A DNA stretch of 64,000 bases from Paraspadella gotoi (lineage: Eukaryota > Animalia > Chaetognatha): contig CM119271.1 in the NCBI GenBank assembly GCA_051294375.1, forward strand, positions 6,821,632 through 6,885,631, in the 5' to 3' direction. The notes beneath the pieces are model-generated. The model did no database searches, had not been told where the DNA came from, and saw only the letters and a list, made by a program, of their open reading frames with translations. Every line of letters begins with the position of its first letter. Position 1 is the first letter of the stretch. The position numbers and the translations under genes were made by a program. Shown piece by piece: positions 1 to 12,447 of the stretch.

Positions 1-3000
1 TTGCTTCAGTCAGTCCATCATTAACGCTCGGCCTCAAAGGAGTGTCTGGTAAACGCCTGTTGGGGCGGGTGTAAACGTCAACCGTTAACACTTCGCCATA
101 TCCGTGCCTCGTCTTCGCCTTTATTGTAAATGTATAATATTGCTCGGGGTCTAATCCGTAAGCCGCAAAATATCGAGTTTCCGGAGACAGGTCTCCAGAT
201 TTAAGGGGGTTTGCGGAGGCTGTCCCGAAGTGAGACTTCAGAAGATACTCAATGGCGTAACCCAAGATAACTCCGTTGGGGCGAAGTGGGGGCTTCCAAA
301 TAATCGTCGCCGATGTTTCATCAACTTTAGAAAACATTACGTCATAGGGTGGTCCCGGTTTGTCCTCTCCCGTCAACGTCCTAATGGCGGGGCTCTTGGC
401 ACCAACTCCCATTCGCGTGTAAGCGGCGACGGAGATTTCGTATTCAACAAAAATCAACAAAGACGAAAGGCGAGCCGATCTGGACTGTTCACCAACGACA
501 TCTTTCTCCCCAACGTTTTCCCCGTTTGATGAAGAATATAAAATTTTAAATCCCTGCAATTGACCGTTTTTAGAATCAGGGGGTAGTTCTCCCCAATCAA
601 CGAGGATGGCCGAGGCGACTAATGGGTCGTTCACGGCCGTAACATTGACGGGGCCTTCACTTGGAACGTCCTCCATGGTTCTCTCTTGCCCGGAGTCAAC
701 AAAATCGGAGGAGCCGAAGTCATTGAAAGCCGCCATTGCCACATAATAAATTGTCCATTTATGAAGAGGTTTTAAAACGACGGTGTTCAAATTAGGATCC
801 GCCAATTGTTTCGTTTCTACAACTCGATTCTTGGAATTTTCATAGCGCACTTTATAACCCTTTGGATTGCCGTTCCAGGCTTGGGCAGGAAGAGGAGTCC
901 ACGAGACACGAATAGCGGTAGCGTTTATCGCGCGGAGAATGACATTCTCGGGAGACCCAGATGGCGGAGCCTGCTCGGTGCGAAACGAACGACTAGCCCC
1001 GGAGGGAGCGCTTCGGCCAACAACATTTATCTTAACAATTCTCAGCGAATATCTGGTATATGGCCGAAGGTTTGGCACGATAATCCTGTCCGCAATCTTC
1101 ACGTCTGATGTCGAAAAAATCGTTTGCCACGAGAGGCTCTCGTCGACGAGCCCCTCGACAATCCATTCGGAGATTGTCGTTTTGCCATTTGAACCCGGTT
1201 CGAACTCCAGCTTGACTGATGTAGCTGTAATTTCGCTGACCGCAAGAGAAGTAACAGGTTGCGGTAGTTCCGGTGGTTCTCCAGAAGTAACGGAAGAGGT
1301 GCGTCGAGGTCCCTCTCCGACAGAAGTGGTCGCCGTTACGGAGATGGAGTAACGAGTTTCAGGCTGGAGTCCGGTTATGATTAATTGGAGACGTTCCGGC
1401 GGAAGAATGACCCTCTCCTCCAACCGACTCGAGTATATCGAGTGGTAAACTGTGTAATTTATGATGACGCCGTTGGGAGAAATCGGATGTTCCCAGGCAA
1501 CCGTGATAGACGAGTCCAATACTTTGGGAAAATTGAGATTGTTAATGACGTCGGGTAAATCCTCGTCGGTAACGATGGCGACAAAGGGCGACATCACGCC
1601 ATCCCCGGCCGAGGTGAAGCAGGTTACCGAAACGTTGTACGCCGTAAATTTGGATAAGTTTGAAATGTAGCCTTCGTGACGGGAGTCGTCATTTTTCGTA
1701 TTCGGTAGGACGACGATCTCCTTGGCCAACACGCCAATATTTCCAAAGCCACGACAGTGAATTGGGCAAGAGGCGGTCACACCTTCGCCGCGATAAGCGC
1801 GGACCTTGTAACCCTGGTTGATGCCGTTGATGGTGTGTCGAGGGGGCGGGATCCAGGAAACTAGCAAAGAAGTAGAGTTGACCACGACAATAGAGACGGA
1901 CGATGGCGGTTGAGTAGGAGTGCCTTCGAGAGTACGAACAATCAAGGTGGGTGAATATACGCCCACTCCTTTGTCGTTAAAGGCGGCAACGCGGACGTCG
2001 TAATCTTTGTAAACCAAAAGATTTGTAATCAAGTAAGAACTCTGTGCTGGATCGGATACGTTCTTGCGTTGCCAGTTGATAACATGGTACCCCGAAAGTC
2101 TGTAATCAACTACGTATCCCCGCAAAACGCCGTTCCACCCTTTAGGCGGCGGTGGTTGCCAAGCAACGCGAATGGTCGAAATACTGGCAGAGGAGGCGCT
2201 GGTCCGCGGTGGCTCAGAGGGAGCTTCTTGCGGAATCGTCAGTGGATTAGATGCGACGGAGGCCTTTCCTTCGCCGACTTTATTTAACGCAGCAACACGA
2301 AATCGGTAAGTCACGGCGGGGGCCAGATTTTCTAGTTCATACTCTGTAGGCGACGGAGGAACATTGCTGACGAGCGTCTCCCATACAGAAGCGCTGGCAA
2401 TGAGAGAATCGGCTGCAGCGGGGGAAAGACTGGGATTGGTCGTCGCGTTATCGGGAACTACGGTCGTCGAGATGTCAGAAAAAACTACTTGCTGGCCCTG
2501 TATGAGGTAGGCTTGGATTGGAGAATTTCCGTCAAAAAAGGGAGCAGTCCACGTTACGATTACGTTTCTGGAAGTTGTGGACGAGAGTTTGGAAGAAACG
2601 CCTGCGCGATCGAAAATGTCACATAAAAATTAATGTGATACGATGTGAACGTGATAACGATTAATTTGAGCAGTAAAAAACTTACCCGAGGGCGGGAAAG
2701 GTAACTCGATAACGGTTAAATGAGCTGATCGTGCGTCGTTGCCATTGCTCGATTTTACCGAGCAGGTGTATTCTCCCTTATCGTCGTAATTGATATAATT
2801 AATTTTCAAGGTACCGTCGGCCAATTTCTTTCTCCTATTTAGAGACAAAATAATGTATTTTTTCTTCACTTATCCGTAAAGCAAAATCGTTCAAAATTAG
2901 ATATAACACATGAAAATTTTTCAAGGAATTTCGTTAATGATATCAAATTACCTATAGAATAAAATAATCATAAAAAATATTAGCTTCTAAATTTTACATT

Positions 3001-6000
3001 TCAGCCATTATAACCTACCTGTCATCCAGAACGATTTTTGTCCATTTAACAGCCATTCAAGTTCAATGGGAACATTGGGATCATGAGAAACTTTGCAATG
3101 AAACTCTACCGGTGTTGATATAATCACAGATGTGTTTGAAGGGGGACCTATGATAACGGTTCGTTCAGCGACTCTGTATTAAAAAAAAGCATATAAAAGT
3201 CATTGAGAATAAAAATATATTTTGATGCCGCAATGAAGTTTTCCACTGGAAAAAATTTTAATAATAAATATAATTATATAATATACAGTCCTGTGCAAAA
3301 AAAAAAGAGGACACTCTTCAAACATTAAATAGCGCTCGTTTTATGACACAATGAAAAATGGCGTAACGTTATGTTCCGTGCATAAAAAAAATTCACTGTT
3401 CAATATTATTATATTTCTTTTTATTTTTTGAAACGTTATAGTTTCATATGTCGATATCCAAAATATCAATGCAAAATCTTTTTTGTTTTTTAGAAATGAC
3501 CAAATATAGGGTGAAAGATAATAAATTTTTTTAAAAAGTTACTTATTCATATTTATTCCTAAAATTGTAATAGAAAAAAATAAAAAAAAATAATAGTACC
3601 AATAGTTGGTATTATGTCTCAAATAGATGGAAAAAAAACCTCATTTAAAAATTCGATCGGGAAGTGGGGTAACTAAGGCTTACCAATGGCATCCTCCACG
3701 CCGATTGTTCTCTCAAATAATTTTTTTATTTAATACATTTGAAAGGGAAAAAAAGAAAATTCAAAATTCAGGTTGTATAAAGGGTACAGATAATCTGGAC
3801 TTACTGACATGAAAACCATGACCTTATATATCTTGTGAAATGGGGGCAGTAAAGATATCTAAAAAATTCGATCATTAAGTCAGTCAATGAACCCTTTCTA
3901 ATGGGCTATTACGAAAAATATTTTTTCTTAATTAAAAGGATGATAAATAATAGAATTAAATTCCTTGCTATATTTAAAAGAAAATTATCAATACAATTTA
4001 ACTTTGTCAAATATATTGCCAGCTATATAATTTTTTAAAACTTTATTATGATAAACAAGCAGTGTGTCAAGCTTTTAGTTTGCAGTTAAAGATAATAAAA
4101 AATGCCGATTTTTTTTTCACAGACAAGAAGGTAGATGTCCAGACTGTTTATATCAAGCTGAAAACATTTTTGTATTTATCATTTTTGATATTTAAAAAAA
4201 CATTTTATCAAGCTACAACATAAATTTTTGCTTGTTTTTTACTTTAACTTAAAAATATAAGCAGTTTTATGGAATAAAGAAAATTTAATAATAATTAAAA
4301 TGTAATTCAGTCTTTCCTTTTTCAAATTACAAAAGAAAAATAAAAATTTCATATGCCTTCATTGAAATTTTTAAAGCAAAAAACTGTTATACTTTTAACT
4401 CTGATTTAAACAAAAGCTGTGTAAAGATTTATGGATTTAATTTAATAAAACTCTTTTAGAAAGTGTCCCATGATTAGGGCTTTAATTTGATACCACACCC
4501 ATCTTGCTAGCTCTTTTCTTTCAAAAGTTATTAAAAAAAATAACTTTTTTCAAACTACGCAGTACAAATCTTTGTTAAATAAAATTTTGGCAAAGCGGGG
4601 GTATCTCACTTATTTCTATTGATACAATACTTAAATTTTAAAATAAAACTTGAAGAAAATTTTTTTGTCATTTAGAGACATATCACTTCAGATGTACCCA
4701 TCTTATAATAATTTATTTATTTATTTCCCCAAAAAAAGCCTAATTAAAAAAGTTGAAATTTTTAAAAATTGTTGAAAAAAATTTCTCCGACCTATGCTCA
4801 TGAGAATAATGGTTTTGCATAGAAAATCAAATATCAAAAAAATAAAAAAATCAGCCTCTAGAAAAATCGAAAGGCGAGAGGCTGATTTTTTTAGAATTGC
4901 AAAATTTTTTTCCTAACTCGAAATCCATTATTCTCAAGTTTCAAAATATTTTTTTCTAAAATCATTCAATCAATTTTTTTTATTAATTTAAAATGTTTTT
5001 ATGATGTTGTTTTTGTTTGAAAGAATTGAAAAAAAGTGAAAAATATAGTAATTATATAAGGTTTTTGGAAATACCTCTAAAATATTAGATAATTAGACAC
5101 AAGGGGAGTAAGCAGAGAAAACTTCCCATTCATAAAAAAAATTGAAAATGAATTTGTCATATTGTTATTTAGATTAATTGACTAATTACAAACATATGAT
5201 TCATATAAATTGAGGAAATGATGGGTAAAAAATATTCATCTTGGTCTCGGTTAACTATTAGGTTATCGTTAAAGTTTTGTTTTAATAATATTAATTTTTT
5301 TTTTGCATTTATAAAAGCAATGGTCTAAAATTTTGTAAGCGTTTCGAGCTATATTGCTTCATATTTTTTACTATTTTTGATCTAGTTAGCTTTTTTGTTG
5401 ATGGTCAAGGTTATGGTCAGAAACAGTAATGTCCAGTAGTGTATATCGCACATATTACCAAAAGTAATAATCAATTAATTTGGCTCAGAAACAATTTTAA
5501 AGGGACAAAATCAGCACTAGACCGTAACGCCACGTTATTTTTCATTGTGTCGTATGCACATATACAATTATAAATGATAAATGTGGTTTTTACAATAAAA
5601 AATTCATGTGTAAGTTAAAAAAAAATCGGTCAAAGCATTCAAGAGCTGTAGCTTCTGAAAGACAAGTGGTCAAAAAAAACTATTTTTAAAAATATTTTTA
5701 ACCTTAATTTATGAACATTACATTTATTTTTTTAATTATGAATGGGAAATAAGGACTTAAAAAAAAAAACATGTGTAACTAGAAAAAAATTGTTCCAATC
5801 ATTCCTGAACTACAGCACCTTAAATATAAAAGGTTAAAAACCGAGTAATTACTTTTAATGGATTAACCAAATTTATACCAATAATTCTTTTTTTATAAAT
5901 GTTATTTATTTATAATATCTTTCATTTTAAAATAATTAATTTGATTTATTTTCATAATGTTTTTGGGTGTCCTTTTTATTTGCACAGGACTGTATAGCGG

Positions 6001-8008
6001 AAAATTATCTTACCTAACATGAGTACAGCCAATGTCTGAACCCAAGTTGTTGACAGCTCTGCAACAGTAACTTCCAGTGTGACTAAATGTTGCACGAGGT
6101 ATTATTAATCGCCCCGACTTTGAATCAATGGAGGCACCATCACTTTGAGATATCTGTAAAGATTGTGTTCAAAGATCAAGATAAATTCATTCAAGATAAG
6201 GTTGATCATCAATCGCACATTTTAGCTTAAAGTTAAAGATTTTTCTCACATTGAAAATAGAAAAAAAAACCCGATTTTTCAGAAGAAATGAAGAGTAAAA
6301 ATTTGTACCTGAACCCCATCTTTGGACCAAGATTTATCAGGGGAAGGCGCCCCGGTCGCGTTGCAATCCAACACTATTGAGTCCCCACTGATAACTGTGT
6401 TGTTCTTGGGCATGAGTTGAATAGCAGGTTCAACGGAAAGTACCTTTAATCAAATAAAAATTGACAGAGATGAAACCTCAGTTAATATTACAACGTTAGT
6501 CCAAAACCTCACCGTCAAAGCCGTGTGCATTGAAGCTGACCCCACCACATTATGGAAAATGCATTGGTAAACACCGGCGTCCCCTTCCCTGGCGTCAGCG
6601 ATGATGAGGCTATTGTTCGGCGTAAAATGTATCCGCGCCGTCGCATTAGCCGATTTCGGTATCGTCGCCGCATCCCTGTACCAGACGGGCGTTGGAGTTG
6701 GGGCTCCGTCAGCTTGGCATGGAAGTTCTATGCGGCTCCCGGCAAAAACTTCGGTCACTATCTGCGGAATGACATCCTTGAGAATTCGTGGTGCAAGGTG
6801 GACCGAGAGCGTAGCTGATTTGGAATCTGTTTCGCTGGTTATGCTCTGGTCCAAAATCTTCGCGAGGCAGGAGTAGACGCCGGCGTCGGCGGTGGAAACG
6901 GATTTGACCAACAAAATCCGTGGGTTAGTCAAGTCGTATTTGGAGTCAGTATTCAAAGGGGCACCGTCTTTCGACCAATGGTAGCGCAAAAGATTGAGAG
7001 GTTTGGCGTTGGCGACACAATCAAAACGTGCAGTTTCTCCCAGGGGCACAGCGGCGTCGCGGGGAACGATCACAATTTTGGGGGGAACGATGGCAGCGGA
7101 GTTGGGCGACAACTGGAGTCAAAGAAAACGAATAGTAGATAGTGCATTGTGCATTGTGAAAGGAACTGAGGAAAATAATACTTGAAAACACATGATCTTT
7201 GTCTGCCTATGTTTGAAATTTGTTAAACTTACACTTATCTTCCAAAATGGTGTATCCTTGAATACTTTGAGTGTGGGATTGCTTATCGTCGCTCTGATCA
7301 TCCTCCCTTCGTCACTTTGCTCCAAGTCTAGGAGAGCCAAAGAATTTCCACCAACGCCCAAAGCTCGGTCTCCCCCGTTGTCTGCAACTGTTCTCGGTGT
7401 CGTCGGGGAAGCCACCGAGTATTCCCGCCAAATAACGGTGGGTAAGGGTTGGCTGTCGACCATTAAATCCAAGCTTAACGACACAACCACGAATGAGCCT
7501 TTCGAAGACGTTCGCGTGACATTGATCGGCACGCCGCCGCCGACGGCCTCAATTTCTAGTCGGGCACGGACGAGGCTGACGCGAGGACCGACGACGCTCC
7601 CGAAGAGGTTCGACGCAACGCATTCATAATCGCCGTAGTCGCCGGAACCGACGGGATCTATCCGAAAGGCGCCGTTGGGATTTTTCGACGAAATGTAGCC
7701 CGCGCCTAGTTTGATCCATTGGAACTCGGGAAGTGGGTTGCCGGACGCCTCGCATTTTAAGGTCACGGCATCCCCAGGACGGATGTAGAGGACGCGAGGG
7801 GAAAATCGAGAAAATAGGGGTGGAGAACCGTAAGCTAATGAAAATAGAGAAAGAAATATGAATTAAAGCTAAGAAGGGAAGACGCAAAAACAAAAGAATT
7901 ATATAACGACTCACCTGATGACACGAAAATAATAAAAATAATGAAAATAAAAAGCCTCGGATTCAGTCTTTTCCTTCGGAACGGAAGGGAAAAATTTTCG
8001 AGCCTCAT
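1..8008 (-). CDS. sdk: Sidekick-like Ig/FN3 cell-adhesion protein (multi-exon; 3' part runs off the window start)
   Basis: ATG 8008 gives a signal peptide (MRLENFSLPFRRKRLNPRLFIFIIFIIFVSSAYG, phase-1 intron after 7915). Ig exons follow (VTLKCEASGNPLP...DYGDYECVASN; ARFDCVAN...DAGVYSC; IELPCQADGAPTP...DAGVYQC; DDKGEYTC). One long exon (2601 to <1) encodes FN3 repeats with Sidekick-like motifs (FDGNSPI, WNGVLRGY, VRTLEGTP, INGINQGYKV). Confidence 0.85.
3286..5992. mobile_element. Non-autonomous Tc1/mariner-like DNA transposon in a sidekick intron
   Basis: Terminal inverted repeats CAGTCCTGTGCAAA...AGGACAC (from 3286) and GTGTCCT...TTTGCACAGGACTG (to 5992), each flanked by TA. AT-rich interior with no transposase ORF. 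Confidence 0.8.
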
Positions 8009-8243
8009 TTTCGGATTTTGGCAGGATTGTGAATGTCACATAAGAAGCAAGACATGACGCGGCAATAATAAAACGATACTAAGAAGGCACGTTCGGTGTG
8101 GTTTTTAAGTTTCAAAAACTCATTGGTAGATAAGGACGCTTAAGGAGGTTGATTCTTAAGTAGATTGTCACCAGCCGAAGCCATCTATAAAAAAAAGTAT
8201 ATTATCAGTGAAAAAATTCAATAATTAACGGGAAAAAAACAAG

Positions 8244-11200
8244 TCATAACGTTTCCTTCAAAAGGGAAAGAAGATTTCCGAGTCGTTTTGACTCTGAACC
8301 CTTCTCGAGTTTTTCAATTTTAATTTTCAACTCTGCCTCGAAGCCAGTACAAGCGTTTTCCCGTCGGACAGAGATCAAGCAGGTAAGTGCGCTGAGAACA
8401 ATTGCGTCTCCACGAGCCGTATCCCCGAATTTGCGGTCGAGGAGACGAACGACGCGATCGTAGTTATCGCGTCTATCAACTCCGTCGATGACGGTTCGCA
8501 CGACGCTCGGTCCGCCAGAAACAAGGTTGCATAGTCCTCCGACGCCAAATTCCACCAGAGCCTCGTCGTCGGCGGAAAGCGCAGAGAAAAATATTTCAAA
8601 GGCGCCCTTATCTCTTCAAAAAGGGTTAGGGAGGAGGTTTTTGGAATCATGTCGCGACAGTTAATATCTAGAGTTTTTTTATTTTTAAGTACATATGCAA
8701 TTTCTTATTTTCTGAAGACGACATCGATGCAGTCGTCATCTTCCATCTCGTGACCGAGCGCAGTGGATCGGGGATCGATCGTTTCTCCGTCGAATCTAAA
8801 ACTCAGAGTGGAAGAATCCTCCACACCCAAGGCTGCCGCCGCTTCCGTCATCATCGTCTTCAAGGGATCCGAGGGTTTCACCCGCACCACGACGAACTGA
8901 CCGAGTTTGGAGTCGAGCGATTGGATTTTGAGATTTATGCGGTCGTCGCCCGAGATATTCTCTTCTCTTTCGTCGCCGCCCTCGCTCACATCGTCTCGAA
9001 TGACGACGCACTCGACGATGTCTGCGATGGTCAGTCGCAGTTCGGCCGGAGTATCTGTCTCTCGGACGTCGCGCCCGTCGGCCAACGTGAGCGCGATCCG
9101 TGCCACGTCGCACTTTTCCGTCTCTGCCATCGCGGCAAAGACCTTTGCGAAAGACTCGCTCTGTTCGAGAAGAACGCGTTGAACGCCCGACGCTGTACGC
9201 ACTTTCACGAGAATTGAGGACGAGGAGGCCTGGGATTCCCTCACGAGACTAGTATCTAAACATTCGACGAGGTCGCGCTGGTGGGCCGCCAACTGATCGC
9301 GCCACATGAGGTCGTTGTGCATCGATCGAAGCTCCTGAACGGCCTTCAGCCCCTTGTTGACCTTGGCCGAGCGACGGGGCTGCGTTGACTTGCGCTTCCT
9401 CCTTCCCCTGCCTGTCCCACGGCCATTCTCCTTAGACGCGATAGAAGCAGTGGCAGGGAACTGTGGCGGGGACGGTGATCGATTGGATCGAGAACGGGAG
9501 GGAACGTCGTCGTCGTCGTCGCTGGAACTAGAGGGTGGAATAAATATCGGGCGCGGTCTATTCTTTACGTTTTTTGTGGCATCGTCATCTATCCGGATGA
9601 CGTCTAAAGTCGTTTTTTTGGTTTTCAAAATGGCGCCAGACTGGATAGCTTGGTCTTTAGTGAGAAAGTCGCTGGAAAGGCTCGTCAAAGATCCCGAAGG
9701 AGCAGTCGCCAGCTCTCCGGATTCCTCGCCTGTGGCATCAGGAACGAGCTTTCGTCGCTTTCGGGACGGACGCGGAACGACGACCTCGTCGTCGGAAGAG
9801 TCGGACATCTTATCTTTGCTATTTCTGGCATTTATGAAAACACGGTAAATGGTAAACTAAATCCCCTCGCTTGAAGAAAGAAAAACATAAAATCGAAAAT
9901 AAAATTCAACAACAAAAAACTCAGTCGAAAAAGTCCAAAGTTTCGAAACCTTCAGGAAGATAAGTCTGTTTCTCGTCCTCGCCCTTCGAGCAATCGGGAT
10001 TATACGAGTAACCCTTTCCGTATCCCATTTCTCTCATCATCTTGGTCGAGGCATTCCGCAGATGCAATGGAACGGGTGGCAATGCCCCTTCGCCCGCTTG
10101 TCGTTCAATCTCTGCAAATGACGCGTTCATTGCTCGATAAACCTCCACTGATTTTCGTGCCCGAGCCAGATATACGGTGACCTGCGCTAAAATCACATCG
10201 CACTCTGGCATTCCAACAGCCATAACCGCCTGATGGGCCGCCGTAGCTTGAATCAGAGCTTGTGGATCACCAAGGCCGATGTCCTCCGAGGCGATACGAA
10301 TTAAACGTCGCGCGATGTAGCGGGGATCCTCGCCGCCTTTTAACATTCTCGTAAGCCAGTAAAGGGCGGCGCTGTCGTCGGAGCCGCGGATCGACTTGTG
10401 AAAGGCAGAGATCATCTGGTAATGTTGGTCGCCGTCGCGATCGTAAGCATAATGAGATTTTTGCAAGCTTTGCTTGATAAGATCGGCATCGATGCATGTG
10501 GCCGAATTTAACGGCGAAGTCAAAAATATTCGCACGGCCGTTTGAAGGCTGTTGAGAGCGACTCTTGCGTCGCCTCCGGAAAATCCCGCCAACGCATTGA
10601 GCGCATTTTCTTCAATGGCGACGCTTCCTTCATCATTTACCTTCTCACCCGATTCCCGTAAAATCTTCAGTCTCAAATATTCGGCCCCTCGTTCCAATAT
10701 TTTGGTCACGTTCTCCGTCGAAAGGGCATCCAGCGCCACGACGCGGCTTCGACTGAGCAGCGCCGAGTTAAGGCTGAAAGAGGGATTTTCGGTCGTGGCG
10801 CCAAAGAGAACGATGGTCCCGTCCTCGACAATTGGCAGGAAAGCGTCTTGTTGGTTCTTGGCAAAGCGATGTATCTCGTCCATAAACAGCAACGTGCGAC
10901 GCTTAAACATCTTGAGCTCATTTCGTGCCACTTCCGACTGCCTCTTGACTTCGGCTACGCCAACCTGGCAGGCGGAGAGGGAGACGAAACGGTAGGGAGA
11001 TTTTTTATCGCCGGCGTAAGCTTTTGCGATAATCTTGGCAATCGTGGTCTTGCCGCAACCCGGTGGTCCCCAAAAGATTATAGAAGGAAGAGGGGCTTTC
11101 GAGGTGACGAGAGCCTTCAGCCAAGCAATATCAGCTTTTCGGCATTGACTTACTTTATTCTCACCAACTGCTGAATCTTGGCCAAAGAGTTTATCCATGG

Positions 11201-12340
11201 TCTGAGGTCTCAAAATCTGAGCCAATGGAAGGGAATTCTCTTTAAGAGCGTCCGCGGTTTTCCTCATCGTGGATTCCGATTTTCGCTCCTGCGTCACAGA
11301 CGAGTTCGATCCCTTTCTGCCTTTCCGCCGGGAGGCACTTTTAAAATTTTCCGAGTCGCTTCTCAACTCCTCGGACTCGGGTTTCTCGACAGCTTGACCC
11401 CGTGACGGAACAGCTGTTTCATCGGCTTGACTCTTTTTCTCGTGTGCTTCTTCTTCCGATTCAGACCAATCAAAAGCCAATGAGGCGTTAATTCCGGCGT
11501 CTTTTACCTCGACTTCATCGGGGGCGTCGTCTTCATCGTCCTCAAGAAAATTCTCCTTGTCTCTTTTGAGCTTTTGTTTCGTCTTGGAACCGCGACTCAA
11601 ACTTCGAGACTTGCCCACAGCTTTGGCGGTTTTTGCTCGTGGACTTCGAAGACCTAATCCGGACCAGGCCGCCACTTGGTCTTCCTTCTTTACACGTTTA
11701 GCGCTTTCATTAATCGCCGATGCTTCGCCGATTTCTTCATAACGAGCAGCCTCCCCCTCCGCCAATCGCTTGCTCCGAAAAGTCTTTCTCGAGGGACGTT
11801 CTTCCTGCGAGGCCAAACATTTGTCCAAGTGCTGGGAGACTTTAGCCTCGGTCTTAAAGGAAAGGTGACAAACCGGACACGGAAAGCTGGTATCGGACAT
11901 CTTCCAGTTGGGAATGAGTTCTACTTAGTCATAACGTAGGAAAAAATAATTTATTAGAGTTTTGAGAGAAAAAATGCTCATAAGTGTAAGCCTAACACAA
12001 TAACGTTCAACAACTATTTTTCACCCTTTTCATTTAATTCAGCTTTAAATTGTATGTATGAAAAAAAAATCAATGGTGCTCATAAAAAGGACGTACTTCT
12101 CTTTTACATTAATTGATCACTTTGAGCGAGTTCAAAGATAACGACATGATCCCAAAACCTCAAATAGAAAAAATTGATAGGGTCGTAGGCAAAGTTGGCC
12201 AAATTTGCCAAAACTTGCTGTTTGTCGATAAGCGATGTGCTTTCGTCGTTGTACTCATCGATCAGCATTTTGATGAATGACTCTCTGCCGATTCCGTGCT
12301 GACCAGTTTTTTTGTCCAGGTACTCTTGTTTGCTAAACAT
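8244..12340 (-). CDS. ARMC7: Armadillo repeat-containing protein 7, two exons (12340-12159 and 8613-8244) joined across a 3545-nt intron
   Basis: Exon 1 ends ...KQQVLANLANFAYDPINFFYLR at AG|GTTTTGG. Exon 2 follows CCCTAAC...TTTTTGAAG| and continues in phase 2: DKGAFEIFFSALSADDEALVEFGVGGLCNL...IVLSALTCL. This is colinear with human ARMC7 as I recall it (QVLANLANFAYDP..YLR..ETLVEFAIGGLCNL..VLSAITTL). Confidence 0.88.
8705..9808 (-). CDS. NFATC2IP: NFATC2IP/Rad60/Esc2 (RENi) tandem SUMO-like domain protein, intronless, nested in the ARMC7 intron
   Basis: 367-aa ORF with a low-complexity acidic/basic N-terminus and two C-terminal SUMO-like domains (DTPAELRLTIADIVECV; LSFRFDGETIDP...MEDDDCIDV). 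Confidence 0.85.
   Translation of the reverse strand: MSDSSDDEVVVPRPSRKRRKLVPDATGEESGELATAPSGSLTSLSSDFLTKDQAIQSGAILKTKKTTLDVIRIDDDATKNVKNRPRPIFIPPSSSSDDDDDVPSRSRSNRSPSPPQFPATASIASKENGRGTGRGRRKRKSTQPRRSAKVNKGLKAVQELRSMHNDLMWRDQLAAHQRDLVECLDTSLVRESQASSSSILVKVRTASGVQRVLLEQSESFAKVFAAMAETEKCDVARIALTLADGRDVRETDTPAELRLTIADIVECVVIRDDVSEGGDEREENISGDDRINLKIQSLDSKLGQFVVVRVKPSDPLKTMMTEAAAALGVEDSSTLSFRFDGETIDPRSTALGHEMEDDDCIDVVFRK
9921..11900 (-). CDS. WRNIP1: WRNIP1/Mgs1 AAA+ ATPase, intronless, nested in the ARMC7 intron
   Basis: 659-aa ORF with an N-terminal UBZ finger (CPVC...HLDKC), Walker A WGPPGCGKTT, Walker B FMDEIHRF, ATTENPSF, and an MgsA C-terminus (ISAFHKSIRGSD, ASEDIG, VPLHLRNA). Confidence 0.96.
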   Translation of the reverse strand: MSDTSFPCPVCHLSFKTEAKVSQHLDKCLASQEERPSRKTFRSKRLAEGEAARYEEIGEASAINESAKRVKKEDQVAAWSGLGLRSPRAKTAKAVGKSRSLSRGSKTKQKLKRDKENFLEDDEDDAPDEVEVKDAGINASLAFDWSESEEEAHEKKSQADETAVPSRGQAVEKPESEELRSDSENFKSASRRKGRKGSNSSVTQERKSESTMRKTADALKENSLPLAQILRPQTMDKLFGQDSAVGENKVSQCRKADIAWLKALVTSKAPLPSIIFWGPPGCGKTTIAKIIAKAYAGDKKSPYRFVSLSACQVGVAEVKRQSEVARNELKMFKRRTLLFMDEIHRFAKNQQDAFLPIVEDGTIVLFGATTENPSFSLNSALLSRSRVVALDALSTENVTKILERGAEYLRLKILRESGEKVNDEGSVAIEENALNALAGFSGGDARVALNSLQTAVRIFLTSPLNSATCIDADLIKQSLQKSHYAYDRDGDQHYQMISAFHKSIRGSDDSAALYWLTRMLKGGEDPRYIARRLIRIASEDIGLGDPQALIQATAAHQAVMAVGMPECDVILAQVTVYLARARKSVEVYRAMNASFAEIERQAGEGALPPVPLHLRNASTKMMREMGYGKGYSYNPDCSKGEDEKQTYLPEGFETLDFFD

Positions 12341-12447
12341 CTAATGAACGTAAATAAGAACGAATTAAAAGTTTTAAAAATAAAGTAAAACGGTAAAAAA
12401 TTCGACTAGAAATGCAAAGACAACACGGTACAATAGCTTCCAGAGGT

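Noticed and set aside
230-2287. Plus-strand ORFs here and opposite other genes throughout the window
   Set aside because: Antisense shadows of GC-richer minus-strand exons with no recognisable motifs.
8375-8650. 91-aa ORF MIPKTSSLTLF... as a separate gene
   Set aside because: It is an alternative frame over ARMC7 exon 2; the other frame carries the conserved motifs.
12104-12340. ARMC7 as a truncated 78-aa pseudogene
   Set aside because: The missing half is present in the correct phase at 8613-8244.
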